The notes beneath the pieces are model-generated. The model saw nothing but the letters and a program-made list of their open reading frames with translations, was not told the origin of the DNA and did no database searches. The position numbers and the translations under genes were made by a program. From NCBI GenBank assembly GCA_951406725.2, contig OX597837.1:43710001-43774000 (forward strand): DNA of 64,000 nt. The letters run 5' to 3'. Within the stretch, counting starts at the first letter, position 1. Each line of letters begins with the position of its first letter. Shown one piece after another: positions 28,454 through 42,638 of the stretch. The stretch is from Octopus vulgaris (lineage: Eukaryota).

Positions 28454-28561
28454 TTATTACAGTTATACACACACACACACACACAATGACATATATGTTA
28501 TTATGAGGGTCGTTATATTACACATATGGCATACCTAGAGAAGAGTGCCCCACCGAATTTG
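28454..28561 (+). repeat. Direct repeat copy 1 (copy 2 at 29288-29388), probably Helitron-internal
   Basis: Both copies share ttattacagttatacaca...gtcgttatattacacaWatggcatac...gtgccccaccg. Confidence 0.8.
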
Positions 28562-28817
28562 TTTCATATGTTTAGGGAAAATGTGTATTTCCAAATAAAA
28601 AAGTTGTACAAATATGATGAAGTGAGCTAGGAAAATGGCGGCTGACCAAATAACTTCTGATGTGGAATACGTAAAACAAAAGGGAAATGCTGGAGTGAAA
28701 TCTAAGTTGCGGCTTCTATTCTGAAGATAGGCAGGGAATAAAAAGAAAGTAGTTTTCTACGGCTTCTATTGTGAATGTAGGCAGCGGAAAAACAGAAAAC
28801 AGATCCTCTACAGATAT

Positions 28818-29217
28818 ACTCTTTTACTCTTTTACTTGTTTCAGTCACTTGACTGCAGCCATGCTGGAGCACCGCCTTTAGTCGAGCAAATCGACCCCGG
28901 AACTTATTCTTTGTAAGCCCAGTACTTATTCTATCGGTCTCTTTTGCCGAACCGCTAAGTTACGGGGACGTAAACACACCAGCATCGGTTGTCAAGCAAT
29001 GCTAGGGGAATAAACACAGGCACACATACATATATATATATATACATATATACGACGGGCTTCTTTCAGTTTCCGTCTACCAAATCCATTCACAAGGCTT
29101 TGGTCGGCCCGAGGCTATAGTAGAAGACACTTGCCCAAGATGCCACGCAGTGGGACTGAACCCGGAACCATGTGGTTGGTAAGCAAGCTACTTGCCACAC
29201 AGCCACTCCTGCGCCTA
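28818..29217 (-). mobile_element. SINE A, full length, inserted in the Helitron relic
   Basis: Near-identical to the reverse complement of the 43681 copy. Confidence 0.95.
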
Positions 29218-29479
29218 TATAAATATAGAACGAAAGTAAAATAATACTTATTTAAGTAATACTTATAGCAATATGAAATAATGGAGCTTATTACAGTTAT
29301 ACACATCCACGTACACACCCATACGTTATTATCTGTCGTTATATTACACAAATGGCATACATAAAAAAGCGTGCCCCACCGTATTTTGAAATAAAATGAA
29401 GGAACATAATAATCCTATAAAATGTATGTCCCTTTGGCAGAAAAATAATCTCCCTTAGATCCTTCATTTATTTTTGAAA

Positions 29480-29679
29480 TGTGACTTTGCACATGCTGGA
29501 AAAGGGCTAGTAGCTCCCTTCGGAAGGCCGCTAGAGACTCGAGGCTACTTCCATTGCCTTCGTCATGAAATTTCACGCAAGAATTAGCTCTTAATTTTTA
29601 TATCGACGCTGTAGTTTTTCTTCCTATAGGCGGACAGACACACAGACACACACAAACACATCCATTTTTAATATTTAGA
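29480..29679 (-). mobile_element. Probable Helitron 5' terminus
   Basis: Minus strand begins TCtaaatattaaaatg followed by a tgtgtctgtc microsatellite, typical of Helitron 5' ends. It lies on the same strand as, and upstream of, the RepHel linker. Confidence 0.5.
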
Positions 29680-30069
29680 CATATATAAAAATACATAATT
29701 TTACGTAATATCACACGGTTTTTATTTCAAAGTTGTTGACTTCTTAAACGAGCAGCCAGAGGCGCCCGTAGCCGGCACAGATATGGACGAAATCAGAACG
29801 TATCCACATCATTGAACACTTGCGATAATACTGTCACGTGATATCCCCCCACACAAAAAAAAGGTAACGAAATACATTAAAATCTAATTTTCTATATTCA
29901 TGTATAGAAGTATCTTCCAGAATATCTCAATTTATAATGTTTTAATGACACGCAGAGACGCTAATATAATTAAGACAGAAATTACGTTAGCAATGCATTT
30001 TCACGCCAGAAATGTACCAATAACTTATTACATAAAGGGTTATTAAATCAAAAACATTTCAAGCCATAT

Positions 30070-30418
30070 ATGTGTGTGTGTGTGTGTGTGTGATTATGTG
30101 TGATTGTGTGTGTGTGTGTGCGTGTGTGTGTAGGTGTGTGTGTGTGTGTGTGATTGTGTGTGTGTGTATGTGTGTGTGATTGTGTGTGATTGTGTGTGTG
30201 TATGTGTGTGTGTGTATGTGTGCGTGTGTGCGTGTGTGTGTATGTGTGTGTGTGTGCGTGTGTGTATGTGTGTGTGTGTATGTGTGTGTGTGTATGTGTG
30301 TGTGTATGTGTGTATGTGTGTGTGTATGTGTGTGTGTGTATGTGTGTGTATGTGTGTGTGTATGTTTGTGTGTGTGTGTGTGTGATTGTGTGTGTGTACG
30401 TGTGTGCGTATGTGCGTA

Positions 30419-30455
<37 letters not shown>
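30070..30455. repeat. Long imperfect (TG)n tract
   Basis: Direct reading; ~385 bp. Confidence 0.95.
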
Positions 30456-30456
<1 letters not shown>

Positions 30457-30619
30457 CAATAATTATGGCCCTGGCTGCACTTCCTTGAAGGTCAACAGGT
30501 TCACAGAGTCACGACCTTGTCGTAGTAATTCACACGCACGATTACACACACACACATATACACACATACACACACATTCACTCTCACTCACATCCACACA
30601 TATGAAAGTATATATATGT

Positions 30620-30683
<64 letters not shown>

Positions 30684-30728
30684 AGTGGGAGAAAGGGGGA
30701 GAGAGAAAGAGACAGTGATAAAGAGATT

Positions 30729-30784
<56 letters not shown>

Positions 30785-30800
30785 GTATATATATATATAA

Positions 30801-30841
<41 letters not shown>

Positions 30842-31300
30842 CATACATACATATACACATTCACACTCAAGTACGCACACACACAGAGACAAATGCACAC
30901 ATACACACACACACACACAAACGCACACATACACACACACACACGCACACACAGAAAGCGTCCACACACAATCACACCGGCATGTTGGCAAAGGAACTAT
31001 TTGTACTCAATGGCTGCTGAGAATAATCAAATCGCTTCCTTCATTTCCGCCATAACAGTCGAAGTTACTTAAGCTTTATTGACGATTGTTTATTGTGGCG
31101 TTGCTAATCGATGAGTTATTGCATAACTGAGTGGGACGCGTCGTCATCGATATTCTGGATTCATGTCTTATGTAACGGTTACTGTCGTAGGTACATGTGT
31201 TCGTATGATGTATTCACACGCCTTCCCCGATGAATTTCGTGATAATATACACACATACATAGATACGTATGTGTATGTGTATAAATATCGATATCTATCT

Positions 31301-31354
<54 letters not shown>

Positions 31355-31468
31355 CTGTGTGTGTGTGTGAGTGTATTATGCAATATCCCGCATTGAACAT
31401 ATAAATATATATTTAAATATATATATATAGATGTATATATATGTATGTGTGTGTATATATACACACAC

Positions 31469-31500
<32 letters not shown>

Positions 31501-31525
31501 GTATATGCATATATATACATATATG

Positions 31526-31568
<43 letters not shown>

Positions 31569-31619
31569 TTATATTCATATATATACATATATATTCATAC
31601 ATATGCATACTTATATATT

Positions 31620-31668
<49 letters not shown>

Positions 31669-31699
31669 GCATGTATATATATATATATATATATGCAAG

Positions 31700-31764
<65 letters not shown>

Positions 31765-31783
31765 ATATACATACATACATACA

Positions 31784-31815
<32 letters not shown>

Positions 31816-32101
31816 CATATATACATACATATATACGTACATACATACACGTGTATGAATTCCGAATGAATTGATACAGATGCACAGGGTGAACAAACAT
31901 TGATGTAATTCATCATCTCATTAGACATCCACCCAACAATAGAAAAATCACACCACCACACCACCACCACACTCACATATTCCCACATTTAAGTATATAC
32001 ACATTTGCACATACACACATGTAATAAATATCATTCAAATAATGCGAGATTTACGCTTATGAATGTTGCTAAGGACTGGAAAATGCCGATGGATATATAT
32101 A

Positions 32102-32520
32102 TAGGCGCAGGCGTGGCTCTGTAGTAAGAAGCCTGCTTACCAACCACATGGTTCAGGGTTCAGTCCCACTGCATGGTACCTTGGGGAAGTGTCTTCTAAT
32201 ATAGCCTCGGATCGGCCAAAGCTTTGTGAGTGGATTTGTTGGGTGGAAACTGAAAGTCTGTCGTGTGTGTGCATGTGTGTGTGTGTGTGTGTCTGTGTGT
32301 GAGTGTGTGTGTGTGTCTTTGTGTCTGTGCTTGTCCCCCGCCATCACTCGACAACCGATGCTGGTGTCTTTACTTCCCCCGTAACCTAGCAGTTCGGCAA
32401 AAGATGCCGATAGAATAAGTCCTAGACTTACAGAGAATATATCTTGGATCGATTTCTTCTACTAAAAACCCTTTAAAATGATGCTCCATCAAGGCCGCAA
32501 CGACTGAAACAAGTAATAGA
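32102..32520 (+). mobile_element. SINE A, full length, older variant (aaaaacccttt before the tail)
   Basis: Head taggcgcaggcgtggctc; the variant segment is shared with the 11782 copy. Confidence 0.9.
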
Positions 32521-32806
32521 ATTTAAAAAATAACAGAAAATGGAAGCTTTTTTTTTCCGTGTACGTTTCCATGGTAAGATGGTAAGGCTAGGAGGTTCTG
32601 ACTTTATATTAGGGATAACTTAACAAAACCGTCTTAATTGTTGAGTTGATCTGACCCCTGCAAGGCGCTACTGAGTCACGATAGGAAAAGAAGACCTTAA
32701 AATATGAAAGGTCTATATAATCATGTAAGGGTTCTTGGGCAATAGTGTATGGTAGTAATGCTTGGTGCTTCCGTGGGGTTGGAACATCTTGGATTTTATA
32801 TGTACA

Positions 32807-33231
32807 TAGGCGCAGGAGTGGCTGTGTGGTAAGTAGCTTGCTAACCAACCACATGATTCCGGGTTCAGTCCCACTGCTTGGCACCTTGGGGAAGTGTCTT
32901 CTACTATAGCCTCGGCCGACCAATGCCTTGTGAGTGGATTTGGTAGACGGAAACTGAAAGAAGCCTGTCGTATATATGTATGTATATGTATGTATATGTG
33001 TGTGTTTGGGTGTCTGTGTTTGTTCCCCTAGCATTGCTTGACAACCGATGCTGGTGTGTTTACGTCCCCGTCACTTAGCAGTTCGGCAAAAAGAGACCGA
33101 TAGAATAAGTACTGGGCTCACAAAAAGAATAAGTCCCGGGGTCGAGTTGCTCGACTAAAGGCGGTGCTCCAGCATGGCCGCAGTCAAATGACTGAAACAA
33201 GTAAAAGAGTAAGAGAGAAAGAGTAAGAGAG
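32807..33231 (+). mobile_element. SINE A, full length, young
   Basis: Near-identical to the 43681 copy. Confidence 0.95.
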
Positions 33232-33234
33232 TGT

Positions 33235-33540
33235 AGAATCTAAGCATTTGAGCGCAAGTGCTTCGGGCGTCTGCTACGCATCCCGTACACAGAGCACAAT
33301 ACGAACAGATACGTCTGGAGCAGCAACTCAACAAATACGCTGACAGAATGGATCCGCTGCTTGCACAGTTAAAAAGAAGAAAGCTTGTCTGGTATGTACG
33401 GTCAGGTATCCTGTCACAGCTCCCTATCAAAAGCCATTTTCCAGGGCCCTGTTGTTGGGTGAGCGAAAGTGAGGTAGGACAGAACACTGCGAACTTGATA
33501 TGCATGTCAAAAAACAGGGGCCAATGGCAACGGTTGACTA
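33235..33540 (+). mobile_element. RTE-clade LINE ORF C-terminal fragment
   Basis: Translates RI*AFERKCFGRLLRIPYTEHNTNRYV, LLAQLKRRKLVWY and GQVSCHSSLSKAIFQGPVVG across frameshifts (RTE AFE..C.RR.L.I.Y..H.TN..V / R.L.W.GH motifs). Confidence 0.8.
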
Positions 33541-34918
33541 TGTATATATGTATGTACGAATGTATGTATGTATGTATGTATGTATGTATGTATGTATGTA
33601 TGTATGTATGTATGTACGTATGTATGTATGTATGTATGTATGTACGTATGAATGAATGTATGTATGTATGTATGTATGTATGTATGTATGTATGTATGTA
33701 TGTATGTATGTATGTATGTATGTATGTATGTATGTATGTATTTATGTATGTATGTATGTATTTATGTATGTATGTATGTATGTATGTATGTACGTACGTA
33801 TTTATGTATGTATGTATGTATGTATGTACGTATGAATGAATGTATGTATGTATGTATGTATGTACGTATGAATGAATGTATGTATGTATGTATGTATGTA
33901 TGTATGTACGTATGTATGTATGTATGTATGTATGTATGTATGTACGTATGTATGTATGTATGTACGTATGAATGAATGTATGTATGTACGTATGAATGAA
34001 TGTATGTATGTACGTATGAATGTATGTATGTATGTATGTATGTATGTATGTATGTATGTATGTGTGTATGTATGTACGTATGTATGTATGTATGTATGTA
34101 TGTACGTATGAATGAATGTATGTATGTACGTATGAATGTATGTATGTATGTATGTATGCATGCATGTATGTATGTATGTATGTATGTATGTATGTATGTA
34201 TGTATGTATGTATGTATGTATGTATGTATGTATGTATGTATGTATGTATGTATGTATGTATGCATGCATGTATGTATGTATGTATGTATGTATGTATGTA
34301 TGTATGTATGTATGTATGTACGTATGTATGTATGTATGTATGTATGTATGTATGTATGTATGTATGTATGTATGTATGTATGTATGTATGTATGTATGTA
34401 TGCATGCATGTATGTATGTATGTATGTATGTATGTATGTACGTATGTATGTATGTATGTATGTATGTATGTATGTATGTATGTATGTATGTATGTATGTA
34501 TGTATGTATGTATGTATGTATGTATGTATGTATGCATGCATGTATGTATGTATGTATGTATGTATGTATGTATGTATGTATGTATGTACGTATGAATGAA
34601 TGTATGTATGTACGTATGAATGTATGTATGTATGTATGTACGTATGTATGTATGTATGTATGTATGTATGCATGCATGTATGTATGTATGTATGTATGTA
34701 TGTATGTATGTATGTATGTATGTATGTATGCATGTATGTATGTATGTAAGTATTTATGTATACATGTATGTATGTATGCATGTATGTATGCATGTATGTA
34801 TGTATGTATGTATGCATGTATGTATGCATGTATGTATGCATAGATGTATGTATGTATGTATGTATGTATGCATGTATGTATGCATACATGTATGTATGTA
34901 TGTATGTATGTATGTATG
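33541..34918. repeat. ~1.4-kb (ATGT)n tetranucleotide array with recurring variant units
   Basis: Direct reading; acgt, gaat and gcat variant units recur. Confidence 0.97.
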
Positions 34919-35195
34919 TTTGTGGGGAGGAAAGGAGAACGGATTGCAGAGCAGTGATTGACAGTTTCGAAAGAGAAGTTAAACGTACTTAATGGATATT
35001 GCTGAGGCGTTTGAACGACCAATCAAAATTGATTGCAAAGAATGAATCCACAGCGAGTAATAAATCAAAACCTTTGCTGTACGGTTAGAATGGTTAAAGC
35101 TACACACGATGTGTCATTCCAGCATTTGTAGATGGGTAAAAATTATTGTATAGTACAGAGCTAAAGAGCTATGACACTACTTTTTAATATCCATG

Positions 35196-35380
35196 ACAGA
35201 CAAACGGATTGAGTCGATTATATCGACCCCAGAGTGTAACAGGTACTTATTTAATCGACCTCGAAAGGATGAAAGGAAAAGTCGACCTCGGCGGGATTTG
35301 AATTCAGAACGTAGAGGCTGACGAAATACTCCTCAGGATTTCGCCCGCCGTGCTAACCAGTCTGCCAGTCCGCCACCCTA
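35196..35380 (-). mobile_element. SINE B, 3'-truncated
   Basis: gtcgattatatcgacccc..ggatgaaaggaaaagtcgacctcggcgggatttgaattcagaacg..gtgctaaccagtctgccag. Confidence 0.9.
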
Positions 35381-35424
<44 letters not shown>

Positions 35425-35501
35425 GTATATATATACTACAGAAATATTCTTTTAAAAAAACTTTTCTTCTAATTTTTCTAAATTTAATTATTTAATCGTT
35501 A

Positions 35502-35539
35502 CAGTTGAAAAGGTCTCAAAATGACCGAAACCGGTACTG
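35502..35539 (+). ncRNA. Minimal type I hammerhead ribozyme motif (core mutated)
   Basis: cag-TTGAAAA-ggtc(tcaaaat)gacc-GAAA-ccgg-TA-ctg. Stem I, stem II and palindromic helix III (accggt) all pair; the core differs from CUGANGA at two positions. Confidence 0.65.
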
Positions 35540-35588
35540 AAAGATTCACTATAAAATCATCTTAGCATTTTCTATTTTTGACTTGTTT

Positions 35589-35651
<63 letters not shown>

Positions 35652-35981
35652 ATAGGTATGCATGTATATATGTATATATTAATACGTATGTATGTACGTG
35701 TGTATAGTTATCTGCTAGATTTTGTAGTTTTATAGATGTGAATGATGCAATACAGAGGCGTAATGTTACAGATAACACATGTTGACATACAAAGCTGTAC
35801 ATGTTTGTAATTGTTGTTCATAATGTTGATATTAATGTTGATATTTCTGCTCTTGTTTTACTGGAAACGAATGTCAAATATATACAGAAAATTTCGTAAA
35901 ACAAAGAAGCAAAATAGACGAATGTAATGTTTGACTAAGCAAAACGAACCACAAAAGACATGTGTGTGTGTATGTGCGTAA

Positions 35982-36026
<45 letters not shown>

Positions 36027-36999
36027 AGTATGTGTGTGTGAGTGTGTGTATGTGTGTTTGTGGGTATGTATGAGTGTATATGCATGAATGTATCTATGTA
36101 TATGTATATTTACTTTAAGAAAATACATGGAATTTAATACGCATTCTCACACATGCACACTCCCACAAACACACACACAGCCGCGTGCAAGTATACACTG
36201 TCATATATACATATATATATATATGTATATATATGAATATTTATATGCATATATATATGTGAACATATATATATATATATACGCATATATATGTATATAT
36301 ATATGTATATATATATATACACATATATATATACACACATACATACATATACAAATGTATATATATACATATATCTATGCGTATATATATATATATATAC
36401 AGTCAAAAAGAACAGTTTAGGAATGTATACGTCGAACGCGTAAATATATGTATATTATATGTGCACATCCCCTCTTACACTCTCCCCCAATACACACACA
36501 CACACACATACATGCACTCTCCCTTGGTCTTTCTATACATATATGTATACTTACATATAGAAACATACGCATGCACATTCGTAATCCCTTTGTTTTTGCA
36601 CGTGTTCCTGTGAGTCCACACATCTTTGGTTCTGTGCGTGTTTGTTCTCATTTCAATCTTTCTCCAGAATTTGGCTATCGATAATTCTTTCTCATGGATA
36701 CATACCCATATAAATAATGGATTCATATATATACGTAGGCAATAATATGTCTTTGGGTGTGTGCGTGCGTGTGTTTATGTATGTGTGTGTGTGTGTGTAT
36801 GTGTGTGTGTGTGTAAATTTGCATTGCTTTATACGGATTCACAGAATCATGTGGGTATCACATTAAGCACCCGTAACACTAAGGATAGCAAGTGGCTAAA
36901 TATATTCCCTTCTCATAATTCCTGACTTTATACACATATATGTATATATGTATGTATACACATATTCATATGTATATGTGTGAGTGTGTATATATAGAT

Positions 37000-37078
<79 letters not shown>

Positions 37079-37181
37079 TATGTATATGCTTATATAAATG
37101 TATGTACGTATTGTGGCTGTATGTGCATCAGTGTTAGAATGTATTAGGTGAAGTTAAACGAAAATGCAAATTTACTATTAT

Positions 37182-37217
<36 letters not shown>

Positions 37218-37342
37218 TGTATGTATATGTATAATTACATATATATGTGTGTGTATATATATACATATATATATTCTTATACATATATATACATATATAT
37301 ATTTTCATATATATGTGTGTATATATATACATATCTAAATTC

Positions 37343-37384
<42 letters not shown>

Positions 37385-37473
37385 ATATATATATATTTAT
37401 ATATACATAAAGAAAGTGATCGAGAGTGCGAGGAGTAAATCTTAGAGTATCAGAGTGATGGAGAGAGAGAGAA

Positions 37474-37508
<35 letters not shown>

Positions 37509-37907
37509 GGGAGGGAGAGAGAGAGGGAAACGGTAACCCAATAAAATCATTAGAACGCATAAACATCGGCAATAACAAACAACTACAATAAGAACAAGAA
37601 ACAAAAAAAGAAACACAAACAAACCAACAAACAACTGCAACAACAGCAACAGCAACAATAAACGGTAACAGCATGGAATTATATGTTCTAGTTTGAAGAA
37701 TTCTTACGGTGACTTGCGCTTTGTAGATGAGGTTAGGTGATGGAAAACGTGAAAACAGCCATAGAAAATGTATGGAAGGATGGAAGGATGATAATGTTTT
37801 TTTTTCTGGAACGAAACTCTCTTCATACAGATCTGTGATAGTAATGTTCGAGTCTGAAATTCTATGGAAAATGTTTCATGTTCATGTAAACATTAAATTT
37901 GTTATTG

Positions 37908-38007
<100 letters not shown>

Positions 38008-38286
38008 TTTCTATGTGTGCTTATATATTTTCGTTGTTTTCTTTTCTTTCTTCTTTGTTTTTGTTTTTTCTTTTTGCTCTTCATGTTTCAAGACTTTCTA
38101 GACATTGTTAAAAAAGTAAATAGGTATATAGGTATGTTTGTATGAATGTACGTATGTGTGTATGTATGTATGTATATATGTATGTATGCATGTATGTATG
38201 TAATACGTATGTAAACATGATTCTTCGTCTCTTTCTGTTCCTGACTCTCTCTTTCTCCCTTTTTCTGTTTATATGAGTATACATGA

Positions 38287-38330
<44 letters not shown>

Positions 38331-38435
38331 GTGAGTATGTATCATATACATACGTACATATGTATATGTGTATATCTGAAGAACGTTAAATTTATAATAT
38401 GTATATATATATGTATGTATATATAAATACATGTG

Positions 38436-38477
<42 letters not shown>

Positions 38478-38658
38478 AACATATATATAAATATATATTG
38501 ATGTATATACATATATGTATATATATTCATATATATATATATATATATGTGTGTGTGCGTGTATGTAAATATTTATTTATAAATATATACATATATATAC
38601 GCCACAAAATGTATATGCTCATAACAAATATATGTACATACGTTTATACATGCATACA

Positions 38659-38691
<33 letters not shown>

Positions 38692-38720
38692 TTATATATA
38701 TATATATATACATATCTATA

Positions 38721-38775
<55 letters not shown>

Positions 38776-39048
38776 GTATGTATTTTAGAAAGGTATATCT
38801 GTATATCTAAATATGTACTTATATCTACGTATCTATCTATCTTTCAATGTGTGTGTGTATGTGTTTGTGTGTATGTGTGTATAACCACGTATCTACAATG
38901 ATACGTAAGAACATTATTTTATCATATCTGTATTCTCTGTGATGTTGGCGTCATACAGTTTCCCCACAATGTATTCTCCATTTTTTTTTTTACCTCAATT
39001 GTGTCAAGCACATTATTTGTTCGTGTCTAAGTATTCGTGCACACATTT

Positions 39049-39082
<34 letters not shown>

Positions 39083-39139
39083 GTATAATATAAATGAATA
39101 TAAACTTCTAAATGTGTATATATGTATATATAATTGTGC

Positions 39140-39265
<126 letters not shown>

Positions 39266-39558
39266 ATGTGTGTGTGCGCATGCGTCTGTGTGTGTATGTT
39301 TATGCTTGAGCATGCGCGTTTTGTTTGTTTTTGTAGGTACCCCTCCCAGCTTAACATTACATGTGTCTACGCTATTCAACATCGCTTTTGTGTCATCTCA
39401 TGATACGCTTGTCCAATTCAACATTGGCAAGTACACGTATCAATTTTGTTTTGTTGTTTTGTTGTTTTTTGTTTTTTTTCGTTTGCTTTCTTTTTTTTTT
39501 CATATTTCGAATGCTTTCAGCACTTTCCACTATTAAGGAAACTGTTTACTACACTTTC

Positions 39559-39604
39559 AATAATAATAATAATAATAGTAATAGTAATAATAATAATAAT
39601 AATG

Positions 39605-39664
<60 letters not shown>

Positions 39665-39784
39665 GTAATAATAATAATAATAATAATAATGATAATAGTA
39701 ATAGTAATAATAATAATAATAATAATAATGATAATAATAATAATAATAATAGTAATAGTAATAATAATAATAATAATAATAATG

Positions 39785-39860
<76 letters not shown>

Positions 39861-39904
39861 TTATGATCATGATGATGATTATGATGATGATAATAATAAT
39901 GATT

Positions 39905-39964
<60 letters not shown>

Positions 39965-40015
39965 GTGATGATAATAATAATAGTAATAATAAATAAATAA
40001 ATAAATAAATAAATG
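39559..40015. repeat. (AAT)n-(GAT)n-(AAAT)n compound microsatellite
   Basis: Direct reading; it is the source of the poly-N/D/I/M ORFs. Confidence 0.95.
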
Positions 40016-40474
40016 ATTGAAAATACCAGAATAAACAAAAATTTTCTAAATAATAATCAATATTTTAATTCTTCTTATTTGAGCATTTCTCTTTTTTTTT
40101 TGTTTGTTTTTTTTTTTTTCACATAAAGAATTTTTTCTAGGAGTTGCCTCATATTTCAATAGTACAAGTGTGCTTAAAGAAAATGAAGAAAAAAAAATTC
40201 GAAAGATAATAAATAGATATAAAAAAAAAATAATAATAATAATAATAATAATATTAAAATGATATATAATTGAAATAATTGTAAAATATTATGTTGAAAT
40301 TAATATTTTATATAGTTTTACTTGCGTAGTTATTGCCTCAGTTGAAATTATTAAACTTTTGTCGTGTGCAAGTGTAAAACTTTTGAAGATCAGAAGTATA
40401 ATGGAGCTGAGATTGTATTTAATTTTATTTAATTTTAAAAGTTATTTATATATTTATTTATACGTTGCTGCTTT

Positions 40475-40860
40475 CGTCGTATCGTCGTCGTCGTCGTCGT
40501 CGTCGTTGTTGTTGTTGTTGTTGTTCTTCTTCTTCTTCTTCTTCTTCTTCTTCTTCTTCTTCTTCTAATTCTTTTTCTTTTTCTTTTTCTTTTTCTTCTT
40601 CTTCTCCTTGCTGATACAAAACTGGTCTACATATTTTATTTGAAACATGAATTCTAAAAAAGGGTAAACATGAATAGTTATTCATCGTCGTTGTCATCGT
40701 TGTCATCATCATCGTCATTATCATCATCACCACCATCATCATCGTCACCATCATCGTCTTCATCATCTTCATCATTGGCAGCGGTATTACCAATTTTCAT
40801 TACAACTTCTGCAGCAGCATCAGTAGTATCAGCATCCACAGCGCCAGCAGCATTGTTGTC
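40475..40860. repeat. (GTC)(GTT)(TTC)(ATC)(GCA) trinucleotide low-complexity tract
   Basis: Direct reading. Confidence 0.85.
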
Positions 40861-41537
40861 ATGTTCTCATTCTCTCCAAATACTCTTTTTTCAAACGGAT
40901 GGCCTTATCAGAAAAAGAGAGAGATTGCCAAACCAGACCCAGTACAGAACACAAGACGATCTTTAACTAAGTTTATATGATTCAGGATATTCCACATAAA
41001 CTATTGTTGTTGTGGTTGTTGTTAAAGTCAATTAATATTCCAGGAAACTCAGGATAAATATTGATTCCTAGAACAAACTTACGTAGACTGGACATTCATC
41101 TCGCGGCTGGTACTCTGCAATGTCTAACTCTATACATCTGTCCCAAATGGTTTCCTAGGACGAATCCAGCAGTTTTATGGTGTTCTCAAAGTATAAAGAA
41201 TTTAAGTAGTATATAAAGAATATTATATGTTTGCATACACACACATACATACAAATACATGTATATATATATATATTAAATTAATAATAGAAGTGTAAAA
41301 TTTATTAATTTAATTAATTAATTAATTAATCAATTAATTAACAATTCTAACAAGTAGATCGGTACGTTAAAATAACCTTTATAGGTAAAATTATCCACAT
41401 AATTATAATTAGGGTTCAGCTAACTGCTTCACCACATACCGAAATTAGAAATAGGAGTTAAAAATTCCTTTCCTGCTACGATAAGAATCTCCGTGATGGT
41501 AAACATACTTTTATTCGCCTTCGTAAAAAAGTATATA

Positions 41538-41580
<43 letters not shown>

Positions 41581-41584
<4 letters not shown>

Positions 41585-42240
41585 AATTAAAAGAAATTAA
41601 AAATCCGTTTCCCACAAAACAGGCAAATATTCTTTCAATGAACATATAGAAAAATGTGCAGATAACATCAAACCAAATTTCACAGTCATCCCCATCTACC
41701 TGTGCAAAGATACAGTTTCTCCACAAGAACGTTTAAATAAAGAAACTATTTACTTTGAAAAATACAGAACATGTCTTAATATGCACGCATAACCAACTTT
41801 TATATTTTTATATATTTCAATTCACGATTATATCACTGTACATAAATCCCCTCACTAAACAAGTTTTCGAAATATTTTTTCGTGTAATTATATATATATA
41901 TATTCCCCTCCCCTTACTGAAAGCTGAACAGTTATCTCCCTTTCCCAAAACAATAACAATAATAACGATAACCAATTACCTCCTCTTATTTTTCTACCTG
42001 TGAAGTCATTCACTCGTAAATATCATCAAATACAACATGGACAAAAATTTCTTAAGCAAATACATATCCAAATAAGTATACCTTAATATCATGAATAGTG
42101 AAAGCGAAACCGGTCGATATATTAAAAATCATATTAAAACTAGGTAAGGTGTGTGTATTTTCCTTTTTTAATTTCTTTTATATGTATTACAACACAACTC
42201 CCAACGCGGGGATAATCGAAATTCTTCCTTTTCTGTTACT
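41581..42240 (+). mobile_element. Penelope-like element 3' end (GIY-YIG C-terminus plus UTR with hammerhead)
   Basis: Translates FNEHIEKCADNIKPNFTVIPIYLCKDTVSPQERLNKE..KYRTCLN*, like PLE endonuclease ends (EH...C....F...P......R..KE...I....P.LN). Flanked by (TA)n on both sides. Confidence 0.7.
42086..42120 (+). ncRNA. Minimal type I hammerhead ribozyme motif (core mutated)
   Basis: atatc-ATGAATA-gt(gaaa)gc-GAAA-ccgg-TC-gatat: 5-bp stem I, GAAA-tetraloop stem II, palindromic helix III, GUC site. Confidence 0.7.
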
Positions 42241-42304
<64 letters not shown>

Positions 42305-42603
42305 AATACCCCACCCTACGTCGTTAATTTGTTTCAGAGCGTACGACCACTATTTAAATGTATATACATGTAATGATTAAAACCTAGGCTAGTCTAGGTT
42401 ATTTTTATATTAGCCTACGAATGCGGTAAATTGTTAGTCAAGCCTAGGCTGCTTTTATATTAGAAAGAAATATATTCAAATGCTGTACCTTATGGCTGAC
42501 GTCGGTGTTACCCGTTGAGTAATATTTGATAGACCGATGTATCTTCGGAAATGACATAAATCGAAACGACTTAACCTGAGGTATGTGTGTGTAAGTGCGT
42601 TTG

Positions 42604-42638
<35 letters not shown>

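Noticed and set aside
36622-36645. miR-9-like start tctttggtt
   Set aside because: Only 9 nt match and no precursor hairpin is evident.
40680-40870. Acidic Asp-rich reading frame on the minus strand
   Set aside because: Decayed (GAT/GCT)n trinucleotide tract, closed upstream by a stop codon.
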